32,000 nt of DNA from an uncultured Chloroflexia bacterium (GTDB lineage: Bacteria > Chloroflexota > Ktedonobacteria > Ktedonobacterales > JADMIN01). Of this stretch, positions 17,028 to 31,017 are shown one piece after another. The stretch lies in contig CAVRAI010000003.1 of assembly GCA_963718915.1 (NCBI GenBank), forward strand, positions 300,001 to 332,000. Reading direction: 5' to 3'. The number at the start of each line of letters is the position of its first letter. Position 1 is the stretch's first letter. Made by a program: the position numbers and the translations under genes. Under the pieces are notes generated by a model that worked only from the letters and a program-made list of their open reading frames with translations, did no database searches and was not told the DNA's origin.

Positions 17028-18422
17028 CTACGTTTTGGCGACCGGCGCGCGCCCCATCGCTCGGTCGCGCAGCAGTGTGTAGAGCGCCAACGCCCCACCT
17101 ACCAGCAGCGCCAGCAGCCCGCCAGCGCCAACCTGGAATGGCTCAGCCTTTGTCTGGAGGAAGAGAATGGCCGCCGCATTGAGGAATGCCAGACTGTAGA
17201 AGAAGAAGGCCAGCGTCAGGCCAGCGATGCGCCCCGCGACCCGGAAGATGTGCAGCGTATTGAGAATCACCTGGCCATCATGCTCCACCACCGCAACCGA
17301 GACAATGACGGCGCCAATCGCCAGCGCGCCCAGCAGCAGCACGACGCCAAGCATCGGCAAGTTTGTCAGGCTGGCGTGTGAGAAGGGATTGAAGAGATCC
17401 ACAATCTGCGCCTGCGAGTCGCGGGCGGAAATCTGCAGGTAGCTGAGAATGTTCTCCGAGAAGAACCCGATGCTGAAGGCAGGGATGAGCCAGATGAGCG
17501 GGCTGAGCACCAGACGGAGCGAGAGGAGCGTTTGGTCGAACGCTTCCCACAGAATGCGGCGAATCGTCGCGCCAAAGCGCTCCTCGCCTGCGGTGGAGAC
17601 AGTGGAGGCGGAGAGGGTGAGCGCGCCGACGATCACCAGCAACAGCAATGAGATGGCCATCGCGAGCACCGCGATCCCCACATCGAGCACCTCCAGCCGA
17701 TTCAGCCCGTTAGTGAGATGGAGGCCAAAGAGTTGATTGAAGTCCACGGCGACATACGGCTTCTGATTGCTCCCCAGCCCGAGGCCGACCAGGCTCAAGA
17801 CACTGCGCTGCCCCAGGGTATCCAGCAGGAACGCGGCGATGAAGAAGAGGATGGCGAGGCCGCCAAAATCTGAGGCGAACGCGCGATACGAGATCGGCGA
17901 CATCCGCGACGGCTGTGCGCCGGGTCTGTCCACATGGGGCCGACGACGATCAATGGCATCCACCACGAAGACGACGAGCAGCAGCAGGTTGATGATGATA
18001 TACGTCCACGGGCTGCTGGTGAAGTTGCCCGGACGATGCCCTTCGGCATTGAAGAGCCGCTCACCCGCGTAGATGATTGCGAAGCCACTGGCGACAAAGA
18101 TGTAGAGGATACGCGGCCAGGTGCGATTCTCGGAGATAGCGAGCTGCAAGAGCACCAGCAGCAGGCTGAAATAGATGTAGAGCGCAATCGGCTGGACATC
18201 ATCATGCCCGCCAGTACGACCGGCATCGATACCGGTGATAAGAAAGGCGACATAGCCAAAAACAATGATGAGCGGCAGAAGGATATTCCCAGAGAGAAAC
18301 CGTGGCAAGCGGGTGGGAGGCGCTGAAGAAGTGGACACCTGGAGTGCTCCTCTCAAAGGCTGGCCGACAAGCGGTGTGGCATCACACGTATTCACATTGT
18401 CGCGCGTGCGGGGGGAAGACAC
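17028..18422 (-). CDS. hypothetical polytopic membrane protein
   Basis: 464-aa ORF with about 10 hydrophobic segments. No family recognised. Confidence 0.5.
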   Translation of the reverse strand: MSSPRTRDNVNTCDATPLVGQPLRGALQVSTSSAPPTRLPRFLSGNILLPLIIVFGYVAFLITGIDAGRTGGHDDVQPIALYIYFSLLLVLLQLAISENRTWPRILYIFVASGFAIIYAGERLFNAEGHRPGNFTSSPWTYIIINLLLLVVFVVDAIDRRRPHVDRPGAQPSRMSPISYRAFASDFGGLAILFFIAAFLLDTLGQRSVLSLVGLGLGSNQKPYVAVDFNQLFGLHLTNGLNRLEVLDVGIAVLAMAISLLLLVIVGALTLSASTVSTAGEERFGATIRRILWEAFDQTLLSLRLVLSPLIWLIPAFSIGFFSENILSYLQISARDSQAQIVDLFNPFSHASLTNLPMLGVVLLLGALAIGAVIVSVAVVEHDGQVILNTLHIFRVAGRIAGLTLAFFFYSLAFLNAAAILFLQTKAEPFQVGAGGLLALLVGGALALYTLLRDRAMGRAPVAKT

Positions 18423-18639
18423 ACTGCTCCCCTGACCGCGCCAAGTGTAACACAGGTTGCCAGAGAGTGCGCGTGGGGTTTCTCACATATTGGCAGGGAG
18501 GCGAATACTTCCAATTTCACAACCTGCGAGGGAATAGGTCACCAGGCTTTCCGCTTTTGCGAACTGTGCGTACAATTATTCTATCAGTGCCACAAGCAAA
18601 GGGCTGCGATTCCAGTTGAGCCAGAGACTGAGGAATACC

Positions 18640-19635
18640 ATGTCAAACAGATCGTTGCTGATAGAGTCCGCTGCAACGCTGAAATACAATGAGGCCCTTG
18701 AGACGCTGCCCGAACATGTGCTGGCATTAATGGAAAGCAACGATCAAACACTATTGCCAGCATTAGCGAAAAACCAGCAGGCGACGCAAGCCATTGAGGC
18801 AGTGATTCAGAACCTCTACACACATCACACACTTCTCGACGGCGATGGTAGGGAGATGGATGATGTGCCCGATGAGAGTGTCCATCTCATTGTCACCTCT
18901 CCGCCCTACTGGACTCTAAAACAATATCCGCATTCTCAAGGTCAGCTTGGAGACATCCAGGCCTATGATGCCTTTCTGGAAGAGTTGGACAAGGTCTGGA
19001 GGCATTGTCTGCGTGTACTCGTACCGGGCGGGCGACTCATTGTTGTAGTCGGCGATGTCTGTCTCCCGAGGCGCCGCTACGGCAGGCATGTCGTCTTCCC
19101 TTTGCACGCAAGCATCCAGGAACACTGCCGCAAGATAGGGTTCGACAACCTCGCGCCAATTATCTGGCATAAGATCGCCAACGCGCAATTCGAAGTCGAG
19201 GGCAATTCAGGGTTCCTGGGGAAACCCTACGAGCCGAACGGCGTCATAAAGAATGACATTGAATACGTGCTCTTTCAAAGAAAACCGGGAGGGTATCGGA
19301 GTCCTTCGCATGTCGCCCGGATCTTGTCGCTGATTCCCAAGGAAGCTCACCAGGAGTGGTTTCAGCAAATATGGTCGATCCCAGGAGCATCCACTCGTCA
19401 CCATCCCGCTCCATACCCTCTGCCGCTAGCTGAACGCCTTGTGCGAATGTTCTCCTTCGTTGGCGATACGGTCCTTGATCCATTCATGGGAACAGGGACA
19501 ACAAACCTGGCTGCAGGCAAGTGGGGGCGAAACAGCATTGGCATTGAAATTGAGGCCGAGTATTTTGACATGGCCGCCCGACGCCTACGAACTCTCCAGG
19601 CATCACAACTTACCTTTACCGTTACCACTGCTTGA
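18640..19635 (+). CDS. beta-class DNA methyltransferase (N4-cytosine or N6-adenine; PF01555-like)
   Basis: Motif IV IVTSPPYW precedes motif I LDPFMGTGTT, which is the beta-class order. The ATG at 18640 follows a GAGGAA RBS; the track ORF begins at a TTG at 18616. Local GC is ~50% against ~65% in the flanks. Confidence 0.85.
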   Translation: MSNRSLLIESAATLKYNEALETLPEHVLALMESNDQTLLPALAKNQQATQAIEAVIQNLYTHHTLLDGDGREMDDVPDESVHLIVTSPPYWTLKQYPHSQGQLGDIQAYDAFLEELDKVWRHCLRVLVPGGRLIVVVGDVCLPRRRYGRHVVFPLHASIQEHCRKIGFDNLAPIIWHKIANAQFEVEGNSGFLGKPYEPNGVIKNDIEYVLFQRKPGGYRSPSHVARILSLIPKEAHQEWFQQIWSIPGASTRHHPAPYPLPLAERLVRMFSFVGDTVLDPFMGTGTTNLAAGKWGRNSIGIEIEAEYFDMAARRLRTLQASQLTFTVTTA

Positions 19636-20402
19636 AGGATGATTGCGTGATTAGCCATCCACAAGATTACTCGCGCATCTTTCGTGATGCGGTTACATCA
19701 TTTTGGCAGACCAGGCAGGCGCAAGGAGAAAAAGGGATACCCGATCAAGGAAACAGGAGCCAGGCCACGGGTGGTCGGCAAATGGATGGCTTCGCGGGAA
19801 CAATCGGCGATTTGCTCGTGAATGCTGGGCTGAGCAGATCGCTAATCCACCATGCCAGGCAAATGGCAGCGACCCCACAGGAGCAGACTGGGGTAGAACT
19901 TCCCGGCTTCTATCGTGCAACAAAAAAGTGGGATATCGTGATCGCCACTGACGGGAACCTCCGCGCTGCAATCGAGTTAAAATCCCTCATTGGCCCCTCG
20001 TTCGGTAACAACTTCAATAACAGGGTTGAAGAAGCTGTTGGCAGCGCGGCGGATATCTGGCGAGCCTACCAGGAAGGTGTTTTTCGCCCTTCTCCTCAAC
20101 CCTGGTTAGGATATCTATTCTTGATAGAGGATTCCATAACTTCGCAAAGACCTGTCAGAATCGCCGAACCCCATTTCCCTGTGCTCAACGAATTCCAATC
20201 CACAAGCTATACAGGTCGAGCCGAACTCCTCTGTTTAAAGTTGCTGAGAGAGCGGCAGTACAATGCCGTGAGTTTTCTTGTGTCAAACAAAGACCAGTCA
20301 GGTGCTGAGAGCAATTACACAGAACCCAACATTGAGCTTTCAGCTGAGGCATTCTTTGTCGGTTTGCTAAATCACCTCGGCTTGCCGCAAACCAACTCTT
20401 GA
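19632..20402 (+). CDS. type II restriction endonuclease, PD-(D/E)xK fold (XhoI/PaeR7I-like from memory)
   Basis: Its start overlaps the methylase stop (cTTGA); an alternative GTG at 19647 follows GAAGGA. WDIVIATDGNLRAAIELKSLIGPSFGNNFNNRVEEAVG contains D...ExK. I recall the GPSFGNNFNNR block from the XhoI/PaeR7I family but cannot verify it here. Confidence 0.7.
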   Translation: MKDDCVISHPQDYSRIFRDAVTSFWQTRQAQGEKGIPDQGNRSQATGGRQMDGFAGTIGDLLVNAGLSRSLIHHARQMAATPQEQTGVELPGFYRATKKWDIVIATDGNLRAAIELKSLIGPSFGNNFNNRVEEAVGSAADIWRAYQEGVFRPSPQPWLGYLFLIEDSITSQRPVRIAEPHFPVLNEFQSTSYTGRAELLCLKLLRERQYNAVSFLVSNKDQSGAESNYTEPNIELSAEAFFVGLLNHLGLPQTNS

Positions 20403-21791
20403 TTCCGAAACTCGATTGGCGCGCATCTCACGATAGACGCCTGCCACCCACCAGAGGAGCCCGCCCGCCAGCAGCACCAGCAGCGGCTCGATGGGCGCAC
20501 GGAAGCGAGGCGAGCCATAGAAGGCGACATTCTCGAGGATGGTCAGTCCGATGGTGAGGTAGACTGGCAGAAGGTGTCGCCATTTGCGCCGCCAGGTGAC
20601 GACCAACCCCAGCGCCGCCAGCAGGAAAACCACGTACGACATCACCGGAAGCAGGCCGTCACGGACAAATATCGTTGAAGGACGGTCTGGATACTGCGCA
20701 AAGGGGTGCCCCTCATAGGCCGTGGCCCAAGGCGTCCACATGTGGACCAGATGTATCCAGAGCAGCGAACGGGTCTGCTCCGGATGCGCCTCGATCCAGT
20801 TCACCGTCCGTTGCGCGAGTGCCTGTTCGTCCGCCGCCGTATGGTCGTGAAAGTCGGAGTCGAGACTGGACGACAACGACCACAGCCCATAGAGAATATC
20901 GCCCGGGCGGTCCACCGTGTCGTTGTACGATCCCGCGAGGGTCTTGTAGACGTTCGACGGTGGCAGCGGTGAATGGGTCACGCGCGAGGCGTAGAGCGTC
21001 CATGGGAGCATGAGGGCGAAGGCCAGCACCGCAACCAGCGCCGCACTCACGACCACTCTGCGCCAGGGCGCCAGTTTGAAGAGGAGGGCGAGCAGAGCCC
21101 ACAGCACGAGCAGACCCAGCAGCAGCGTTCCCGTCGGGCGGGCCAGCGCCGCCAGCGCAAGCGAGACACCGCAGAGCACGATCCATACTCGCCGCGAGTC
21201 GCGCTGCATCCGCATGAGGAAGAAGAGAAAGGCGGTCTGGAGGAAGATATAGAGGGACTCGGTGTAGAGCCAGCCATCCCAGATAAACATCCCAGCGTAG
21301 ACGGCAGCGATGATGCCCGTCACCAGCGCGATGCGCCGTCCAAAGAGATCCTTCGCGATGAGGTAGACCAGCACGCACGTCCCCGACCCAAGAACGCAGC
21401 AGGCGAGGCGAGCATAGCGGGTGGCATCTCCCAATACCGCGTAGATCGCGGCCATGACCATAGGCCAGAGCGGCGGACGATAGACGGGGACATGCTGCTG
21501 GGGGAAGCAGTAACAGTGCTGGTGGACAAGGCTCCTGGCAAGCTCGTTGTAGATCACCGCGTCGAACATGGGCTGATAGCCAGCGGCAACCGTCTTGTTG
21601 AAAATGATCCGGACGATGAACGCGAGGCAGAAAACGACCGCCATTGGAATATACTCGCGCAACCTGGACCAACGCCATCGATGCGCGATCTGGGTCGCGC
21701 GGGCGCTGAGACGATGACGCTGAGCGTCAAGCCAACCGTGCATGCGCGCCTCCTGCCTCGCCACATGGCGAACCCGCGTGCATCGGGACAA
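20367..21791 (-). CDS. glycosyltransferase family 39 (ArnT/PMT-like) membrane protein
   Basis: 474-aa polytopic ORF with an N-terminal FNKTVAAGYQPMFDAVIYNELARSL loop typical of GT-C / PMT_2 enzymes. The start codon is uncertain (alternative at 21743). The 3' end overlaps the endonuclease gene by 36 nt. Confidence 0.6.
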   Translation of the reverse strand: MSRCTRVRHVARQEARMHGWLDAQRHRLSARATQIAHRWRWSRLREYIPMAVVFCLAFIVRIIFNKTVAAGYQPMFDAVIYNELARSLVHQHCYCFPQQHVPVYRPPLWPMVMAAIYAVLGDATRYARLACCVLGSGTCVLVYLIAKDLFGRRIALVTGIIAAVYAGMFIWDGWLYTESLYIFLQTAFLFFLMRMQRDSRRVWIVLCGVSLALAALARPTGTLLLGLLVLWALLALLFKLAPWRRVVVSAALVAVLAFALMLPWTLYASRVTHSPLPPSNVYKTLAGSYNDTVDRPGDILYGLWSLSSSLDSDFHDHTAADEQALAQRTVNWIEAHPEQTRSLLWIHLVHMWTPWATAYEGHPFAQYPDRPSTIFVRDGLLPVMSYVVFLLAALGLVVTWRRKWRHLLPVYLTIGLTILENVAFYGSPRFRAPIEPLLVLLAGGLLWWVAGVYREMRANRVSESRVGLRQAEVI

Positions 21792-21815
21792 CCTCGCCGA
21801 CAGCAGTTGCTGTCG

Positions 21816-25161
<3,346 letters not shown>

Positions 25162-25166
25162 AGTTG

Positions 25167-26045
25167 TTATTGCTCCGTCTCGAATTCGTAGACATCTACA
25201 TCATTGACCGGGTTGTAGCCGATCTCCTGATAGACGTGGTTAGCGGTCGGGTTGGCCAGGTCGGTAAACAGGTAGCAGAAAGCGCGCCCGCTCTCCAGCA
25301 GATGCTGGCTTAGTATCGCGACACACGCGCTGGCATAGCCCTTACCGCGATGCTCCGGCGGCGTATAGACCGGCCCAATGCGAACACCGCGCAATGTCGG
25401 ATTACCATACGAGACGAACGAGACGGGCACGCCGCCATCCTCCCAGAGGTAGCCGCCGCGTGTCGATGAGGCGAAGTAGCGATCCACCCACTCCACCGCG
25501 TCGAGGCGCTCCTTCGGCCCCAGCGCCTCAGCCGCGAACGCTTCGAGCCAGCGCGCCAGCAAATCGCGGTCAGACTCTATGGGGCGGCGGTAGCTCCCAG
25601 GCACATTCGTCACCGGAATAACCGTTTCCAGCTCGTATACTCGCTCCTGGACGGCTAGATGTTCCGCCAGCCCTGTCTGCGCGCGCCAGCGCTCGGCGAA
25701 GAGCCGCGAGACCGGCACGGGCGCATGAACACCGGGCAGGCTGTTGTGATAACGCGACCAGAGATCAGCGGCGATCAGCCCCAGCGCCGCCGATGGATCG
25801 ACGGCGTACTCCGGTGCGATCAGCGAGAGGATGACGTTGAACGGTGGCGTGCGCATGGCGACCAGCAACACCGCGCCCTCATCCTCCACCAGCGCCATGT
25901 AGGGTAGCTCGTCGGCGGGCATGGGGCCGCGCGGCAGCGTTGAGAGCAGGCCAAGGATCAGGCAATGCGTCGCCTCATGCGCGAGCAGATACGGCTCGAC
26001 CCGCGCCGCAAACTCTCCAATATCACTCAAGCGCTCAAGTTGCAT
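25167..26045 (-). CDS. GNAT family N-acetyltransferase
   Basis: The C-terminal domain has the acetyl-CoA motif [11 protein letters not shown]...[18 protein letters not shown]. The ORF is 292 aa and sits between carA and carB. Confidence 0.6.
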   Translation of the reverse strand: MQLERLSDIGEFAARVEPYLLAHEATHCLILGLLSTLPRGPMPADELPYMALVEDEGAVLLVAMRTPPFNVILSLIAPEYAVDPSAALGLIAADLWSRYHNSLPGVHAPVPVSRLFAERWRAQTGLAEHLAVQERVYELETVIPVTNVPGSYRRPIESDRDLLARWLEAFAAEALGPKERLDAVEWVDRYFASSTRGGYLWEDGGVPVSFVSYGNPTLRGVRIGPVYTPPEHRGKGYASACVAILSQHLLESGRAFCYLFTDLANPTANHVYQEIGYNPVNDVDVYEFETEQ

Positions 26046-26121
26046 GCCTGACCTCTTCGGCTGGCTGGATAATCATCGTAGCAAGCAACATACCCTGCTC
26101 GCTCTTTCGCCTCGTCACTGG

Positions 26122-27297
26122 CTATACCGACGCGACCGGCAACGCCACCCGACGGTGCTCGCCGACCATCGCCGCGAAGCGGTCGAACAGATATTGATTA
26201 TCTTCCGGGCCGGGCGCGGCCTCAGGATGATACTGCACCGAGAAGACCGGCAGCGTCTCATGCGCCATCCCCTCGACACTGCCATCCGACAGGTTGATAT
26301 GGCTCACGTAGAGGCCGCTCTCGGCGGGAATCGTCGCCGCGTCTACCTGGAAGTTGTGATTCTGCGAGGTCACCGTCACCCGCCCGGTGCGTACCTCGCG
26401 CACGGGATGGTTGACGCCGTGGTGGCCAAACAGCAGACGGCTGGTGCGCGCGCCCGCGGCCAGCCCCAGAATCTGGTGGCCAAGACAGATACCCATCAGC
26501 GGTACCTTCTCCTCCCAGACCAGCGCGCGCGTGAGCTCGACCAGGTTCGCCACACTCTCGGGATCGCCCGGCCCATTAGAGAGCAGCACGCCATCGGGGC
26601 AGATGCGGCGCACATCGGCGAGGGTCACGGTATGCGGCGCGATAACGACCTCCAGCCCGCGCCGCGCCAGACTGCGGGCGATATTCTGTTTATAGCCGGT
26701 GTCAATCAGCAGGACGCGCGGCGCCCCGACCGGCGCTGGCTCGTCCGCCTTCCAGGTATCCGCCTCTTTGATCGAGACATCCGCGACCACATCGAGATCG
26801 GTGACGGTATGCACCTGATTCGCCTCGGCCACCAGCGCCGCGATGTCTGGCGTCTCGCCCGCCTCATAGACCCGCAAGACGCCGCGCAGGGTGCCATGTT
26901 CGCGCAGGTGGCGCGTGAGCGCGCGGGTATCCAGCTCGCAGACGCCAGGGATGCCGTTGGCGGCCAGATAGTCATCTATCGAAGCGGAGGCGCGCCAGTT
27001 GCTATAGTCATCGCTGGCCTCACGCACAATCAGCGCGGAGAGCCACGGACGGCGCGACTCGACATCGTCCAGGGTAACACCGTAGTTACCAATCAGCGGG
27101 TAGGTCAGAACAACCATCTGCCCGCGATAGGATGGGTCGGTGCAAATCTCCTGGTAGCCCGTCATGCCCGTGGCAAAGACGACCTCGCCCCGGCGTCCAT
27201 GGCGCATCGCCTCAATCGCGCCGAACGGCCGCCCGGTAAAGGTTGCGCCATCTTCCAGCGTTAGCACCGCGCTCCGCTCGCTCCGTTCCCATTCCAT
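26122..27297 (-). CDS. carA: carbamoyl-phosphate synthase small (glutaminase) subunit
   Basis: Start at MEWERSERSAVLTLEDGATFTG. GEVVFATGMTGYQEICTDPSYRGQMVVLTYPLIGNYG matches the family, and GICLGHQ carries the catalytic Cys. Confidence 0.9.
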   Translation of the reverse strand: MEWERSERSAVLTLEDGATFTGRPFGAIEAMRHGRRGEVVFATGMTGYQEICTDPSYRGQMVVLTYPLIGNYGVTLDDVESRRPWLSALIVREASDDYSNWRASASIDDYLAANGIPGVCELDTRALTRHLREHGTLRGVLRVYEAGETPDIAALVAEANQVHTVTDLDVVADVSIKEADTWKADEPAPVGAPRVLLIDTGYKQNIARSLARRGLEVVIAPHTVTLADVRRICPDGVLLSNGPGDPESVANLVELTRALVWEEKVPLMGICLGHQILGLAAGARTSRLLFGHHGVNHPVREVRTGRVTVTSQNHNFQVDAATIPAESGLYVSHINLSDGSVEGMAHETLPVFSVQYHPEAAPGPEDNQYLFDRFAAMVGEHRRVALPVASV

Positions 27298-27340
27298 ACT
27301 GTTGCCCTCCCGGTCTCTGCTAGCGAACCGCCCCGTCTGT

Positions 27341-28759
27341 TTAGTCTGCCGTACCTGCCTCATTCGCCGCGTCATACACCACGGCGCCATCGAGCAGTGT
27401 CATCCGCACGCGCCCGCGAAGTGGAACGCCCGCCAGCGGTGTGTTGCGCCCGCGTGAGGCGAACTGCTCTGGGTCAACCGTCCACGCCTCATCAGGATCG
27501 AAGATAACGATGTCCGCCGCCGCGCCCGGCTTGAGCGTTCCCGCCTCCAGTGCCCAGGCCCGCGCGGGCCGCGACGTGAGGGCGGCAATCAGCGTCGCCA
27601 GCGGCAGTGTGCCTGCCCGCACCAGCGCCAGCAGCGCCGCCAGCGCCGTCTCCAGCCCGGAGATGCCGAACGCCGCCTCGCCATACTCGCAGTCTTTATC
27701 CACCTGTGTGTGGGGCGCATGATCGGTCGCGATAGCGTCAATCGCGCCATCGAGCAGACCTGCCAGCAACGCCTCACAATCGGCGGCTGTGCGGAGCGGT
27801 GGATTGACCTTTGTATGCGTGTCGTAGCGCATGCCCGGCGCAAGCGTGATCCCTTCGGACGCGAGCGCCGCCGCCAGTGGGCCAGTGCGCTCGCCCGCCA
27901 CCCAGCTATCGGTCAGCAGCAGATGATGCGGCGTGACCTCCGCCGTGACAGGCAGTCCCTCGGCCTTCGCCGCTCGTATCAAGTCCACCGATCCCGCCGT
28001 GCTGAGGTGCGCCGCATGGTAGCGCGCGCCAGTCAGCCGCACCAGCGCCAGATCGCGCGCCAGCATCACCTCTTCACCCGCCGCGGGCCAGCCTTGCAGA
28101 CCCAGCATCGTCGCCACCGCGCCCTCATTCATGACGCCGCCACCAACGAGGTCCTCATCCTGGCAGTGCTCGACGACTGGAACACCCAGCGGCGCGGCGT
28201 ATTCGAGCGCGAGCCGCATCAGACGGCTGCTGTGGACGGGTCGGCCATCGTCGGAGAAGGCGACCGCGCCTGCCTCGGTCAGTTCGGCCATCTCGCTCAA
28301 CTCGCGACCATCCTCGCCCTTGCTGATGGCGGCGATGGGGCGCACGTGGGCAGGCGCATCCTTCGCCCGCGCCAGCACAAATTCCAGTGTTGCACGTGAA
28401 TCAATCACCGGGTTGGTGTTGGGCATGCAGCAGATGGTGGTGAAACCGCCACGCGCGGCGGCCCGCGCCCCGCTGGCAATCGTCTCTTTGCCCTCGAAGC
28501 CCGGCTCGCGCAGATGGGCGTGCAGATCGACGAAGCCTGGCGCCAGCACCCAGCTCGCGGGCAACTCCACCATGCGGAGCGGCGCATCCGACTCCGCCAC
28601 TCGCGCCGCCAGCGTATCAGCGTCGGTTCCGTGCGCGACGATACGCCCTTCGCGAATCAGCAGCCAGCCCACCGCATCCAGATGCTGGCCTGGATCAATA
28701 ATGCGCGCCCCAGTCAGCGCCAGTTGTTCTCGTCGCGCCTGTTCTGTCACGCCGCTCAC
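27341..28759 (-). CDS. pyrC: dihydroorotase
   Basis: PGFVDLHAHLREPGFEGKETIASGARAAARGGFTTICCMPNTNP. The GTG start overlaps the pyrB stop (GTGA). Confidence 0.9.
   Translation of the reverse strand: MSGVTEQARREQLALTGARIIDPGQHLDAVGWLLIREGRIVAHGTDADTLAARVAESDAPLRMVELPASWVLAPGFVDLHAHLREPGFEGKETIASGARAAARGGFTTICCMPNTNPVIDSRATLEFVLARAKDAPAHVRPIAAISKGEDGRELSEMAELTEAGAVAFSDDGRPVHSSRLMRLALEYAAPLGVPVVEHCQDEDLVGGGVMNEGAVATMLGLQGWPAAGEEVMLARDLALVRLTGARYHAAHLSTAGSVDLIRAAKAEGLPVTAEVTPHHLLLTDSWVAGERTGPLAAALASEGITLAPGMRYDTHTKVNPPLRTAADCEALLAGLLDGAIDAIATDHAPHTQVDKDCEYGEAAFGISGLETALAALLALVRAGTLPLATLIAALTSRPARAWALEAGTLKPGAAADIVIFDPDEAWTVDPEQFASRGRNTPLAGVPLRGRVRMTLLDGAVVYDAANEAGTAD
28388..28403. other. degenerate parS-like site TGTTGCACGTGAATCA (14/16) inside pyrC
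   Basis: The CACGTG core has one mismatch in each arm. Confidence 0.4.
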
Positions 28760-29757
28760 TCCTTCGCCGCCTTCGCCGCCTTTGCCGCGAGTGTCCCAGC
28801 GACCATCTCCAGCACGGCCATGCGCATGGCGACGCCGTTGGTCACCTGCTCTTCGATCACCGAGGCTGACCCGTGGGCCACCGCCGAGGCAATCTCGACA
28901 CCTTCGTTCATCGGCCCCGGATGGAGCACCAGCGCGTCCGGTTTCGCCAGCGCCAGCCGCTCCTCAGTCAGCCGGTAGCGCTGCCCGTATTCGCGCAGCG
29001 ACGGCAACAATCCCGCCTGCTGGCGCTCACGTTGCAGTCGCAGCACCATGATCGCGTCGGCGTCCTTGAGCGCGCGGGCGCAATCCGTCTCGACGGTGAC
29101 ACGCCGCGGCGCGCCCGTTCCCGGCACGCGGCGCGCCGCGTATAACTCGGCGGCGGCTGGCGGCAGAAGCGTTCGCGGGCCACAGAGCACCACCTCCGCG
29201 CCCGCGGCGGTGAGCGACCAGACGTTCGAGCGGGCGACCCGGCTATGCAGGATATCGCCGAGGATGACGACGCGCGCCCCCGCCACCATCTCCAGGTGAC
29301 GCTCCATCGTGAAGAGATCGAGCAACGCCTGCGTCGGGTGGGCATGCCAGCCATCGCCCGCGTTCACCACCCCGCCGCGAATGGCGCGGGCAATGGCATC
29401 AGGCGCGCCCGACTGGTTGGAGCGGACGACGATGATATGCGCGCCGAGCGCCTGGAGCGTCTCGACGGTATCGCGCAGCGACTCGCCTTTGGTGACGCTG
29501 CTGGCCGACGCCGTCACGTTCACGACATCCGCGCCCAGTTTCTTGCCCGCAAGCTCGAACGAGACCCGCGTCCGGGTGCTGTTCTCGTAGAACAGGTTGA
29601 CCAGCACGCGGCCCTGAAGCGCCTTCAGTCGCATGTCGGGCTGGCGCATCAGCTCGCGCATCGTAGCGGCGCGATCAAGCAACGCACGCAATTCGTCGGG
29701 CGTCCAGTCGTCCAGGTCGAGCACATGCTGGCGCGCCGGAAGCGCCCGATGTTTCAC
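28756..29757 (-). CDS. pyrB: aspartate carbamoyltransferase catalytic subunit
   Basis: NLFYENSTRTRVSFELAGKKLG, HPTQALLD and HPGPMNEGVEI. The GTG start at 29757 lies in the centre of a perfect parS. Confidence 0.9.
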   Translation of the reverse strand: MKHRALPARQHVLDLDDWTPDELRALLDRAATMRELMRQPDMRLKALQGRVLVNLFYENSTRTRVSFELAGKKLGADVVNVTASASSVTKGESLRDTVETLQALGAHIIVVRSNQSGAPDAIARAIRGGVVNAGDGWHAHPTQALLDLFTMERHLEMVAGARVVILGDILHSRVARSNVWSLTAAGAEVVLCGPRTLLPPAAAELYAARRVPGTGAPRRVTVETDCARALKDADAIMVLRLQRERQQAGLLPSLREYGQRYRLTEERLALAKPDALVLHPGPMNEGVEIASAVAHGSASVIEEQVTNGVAMRMAVLEMVAGTLAAKAAKAAKE

Positions 29758-29765
29758 GTGAAACA
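29750..29765. other. parS: parS site, perfect 16/16 TGTTTCACGTGAAACA, overlapping the pyrB start codon
   Basis: Exact match to the fully symmetric parS consensus. The central CACGTG supplies the pyrB GTG start and an overlapping upstream-frame TGA. Confidence 0.85.
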
Positions 29766-29891
29766 GCCGATTCCGCTGGGCCTCCGCCCTGGCCTGCCTT
29801 CACTCGTACCAGGAACGGTCCTCGCCTCCCCTCGATATCTCGCGGCAAAGTCCACGCACTCATCGCCGATTAGACACCGCCTGGGCCAGCA

Positions 29892-30752
<861 letters not shown>

Positions 30753-30760
30753 TCACAAAG

Positions 30761-30789
30761 AGTATAGCATCGCTATTACACTAATGCAA
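30761..30789 (-). promoter_or_regulatory. sigma-70-type promoter of the pyr operon
   Basis: Minus strand: TTGCAT (30784-30789), a 17-nt spacer, then TATACT (30761-30766). Confidence 0.6.
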
Positions 30790-30853
30790 AGAAGCGGTAC
30801 CTATAAGCAGTGACTATACGAATATACACTTCGGTTGCTATTGTTATGTCTAC

Positions 30854-30882
30854 TTGACGCGGTGAGTGAGGCTGGCTATAGT
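30854..30882 (+). promoter_or_regulatory. sigma-70-type promoter directed towards aroH-tyrA
   Basis: TTGACG (30854-30859), a 17-nt spacer, then TATAGT (30877-30882). It is divergent from the pyrR promoter. Confidence 0.6.
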
Positions 30883-31017
30883 GCTGGCATGATGAGATAT
30901 CCCTCACAATATGCGGATAGCTATTACCGGCGGCCCTCTGGCACGGTGGATCGGGGTATTCCCGTGCGCGCGATGAGGTGATAGATCGCCGCAAGGTGTA
31001 ACCGCCAGCCAGAGGGT

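Noticed and set aside
29758-29891. A second PyrR-binding attenuator between pyrR and pyrB, as in Bacillus (CCAGGGCGGAGGCCCAG resembles CCAG...GAGGCU).
   Set aside because: It lacks the flanking CCUUUAA / AAGGA arms and any terminator with a U-run. The segment instead looks like degraded or continuing coding sequence.
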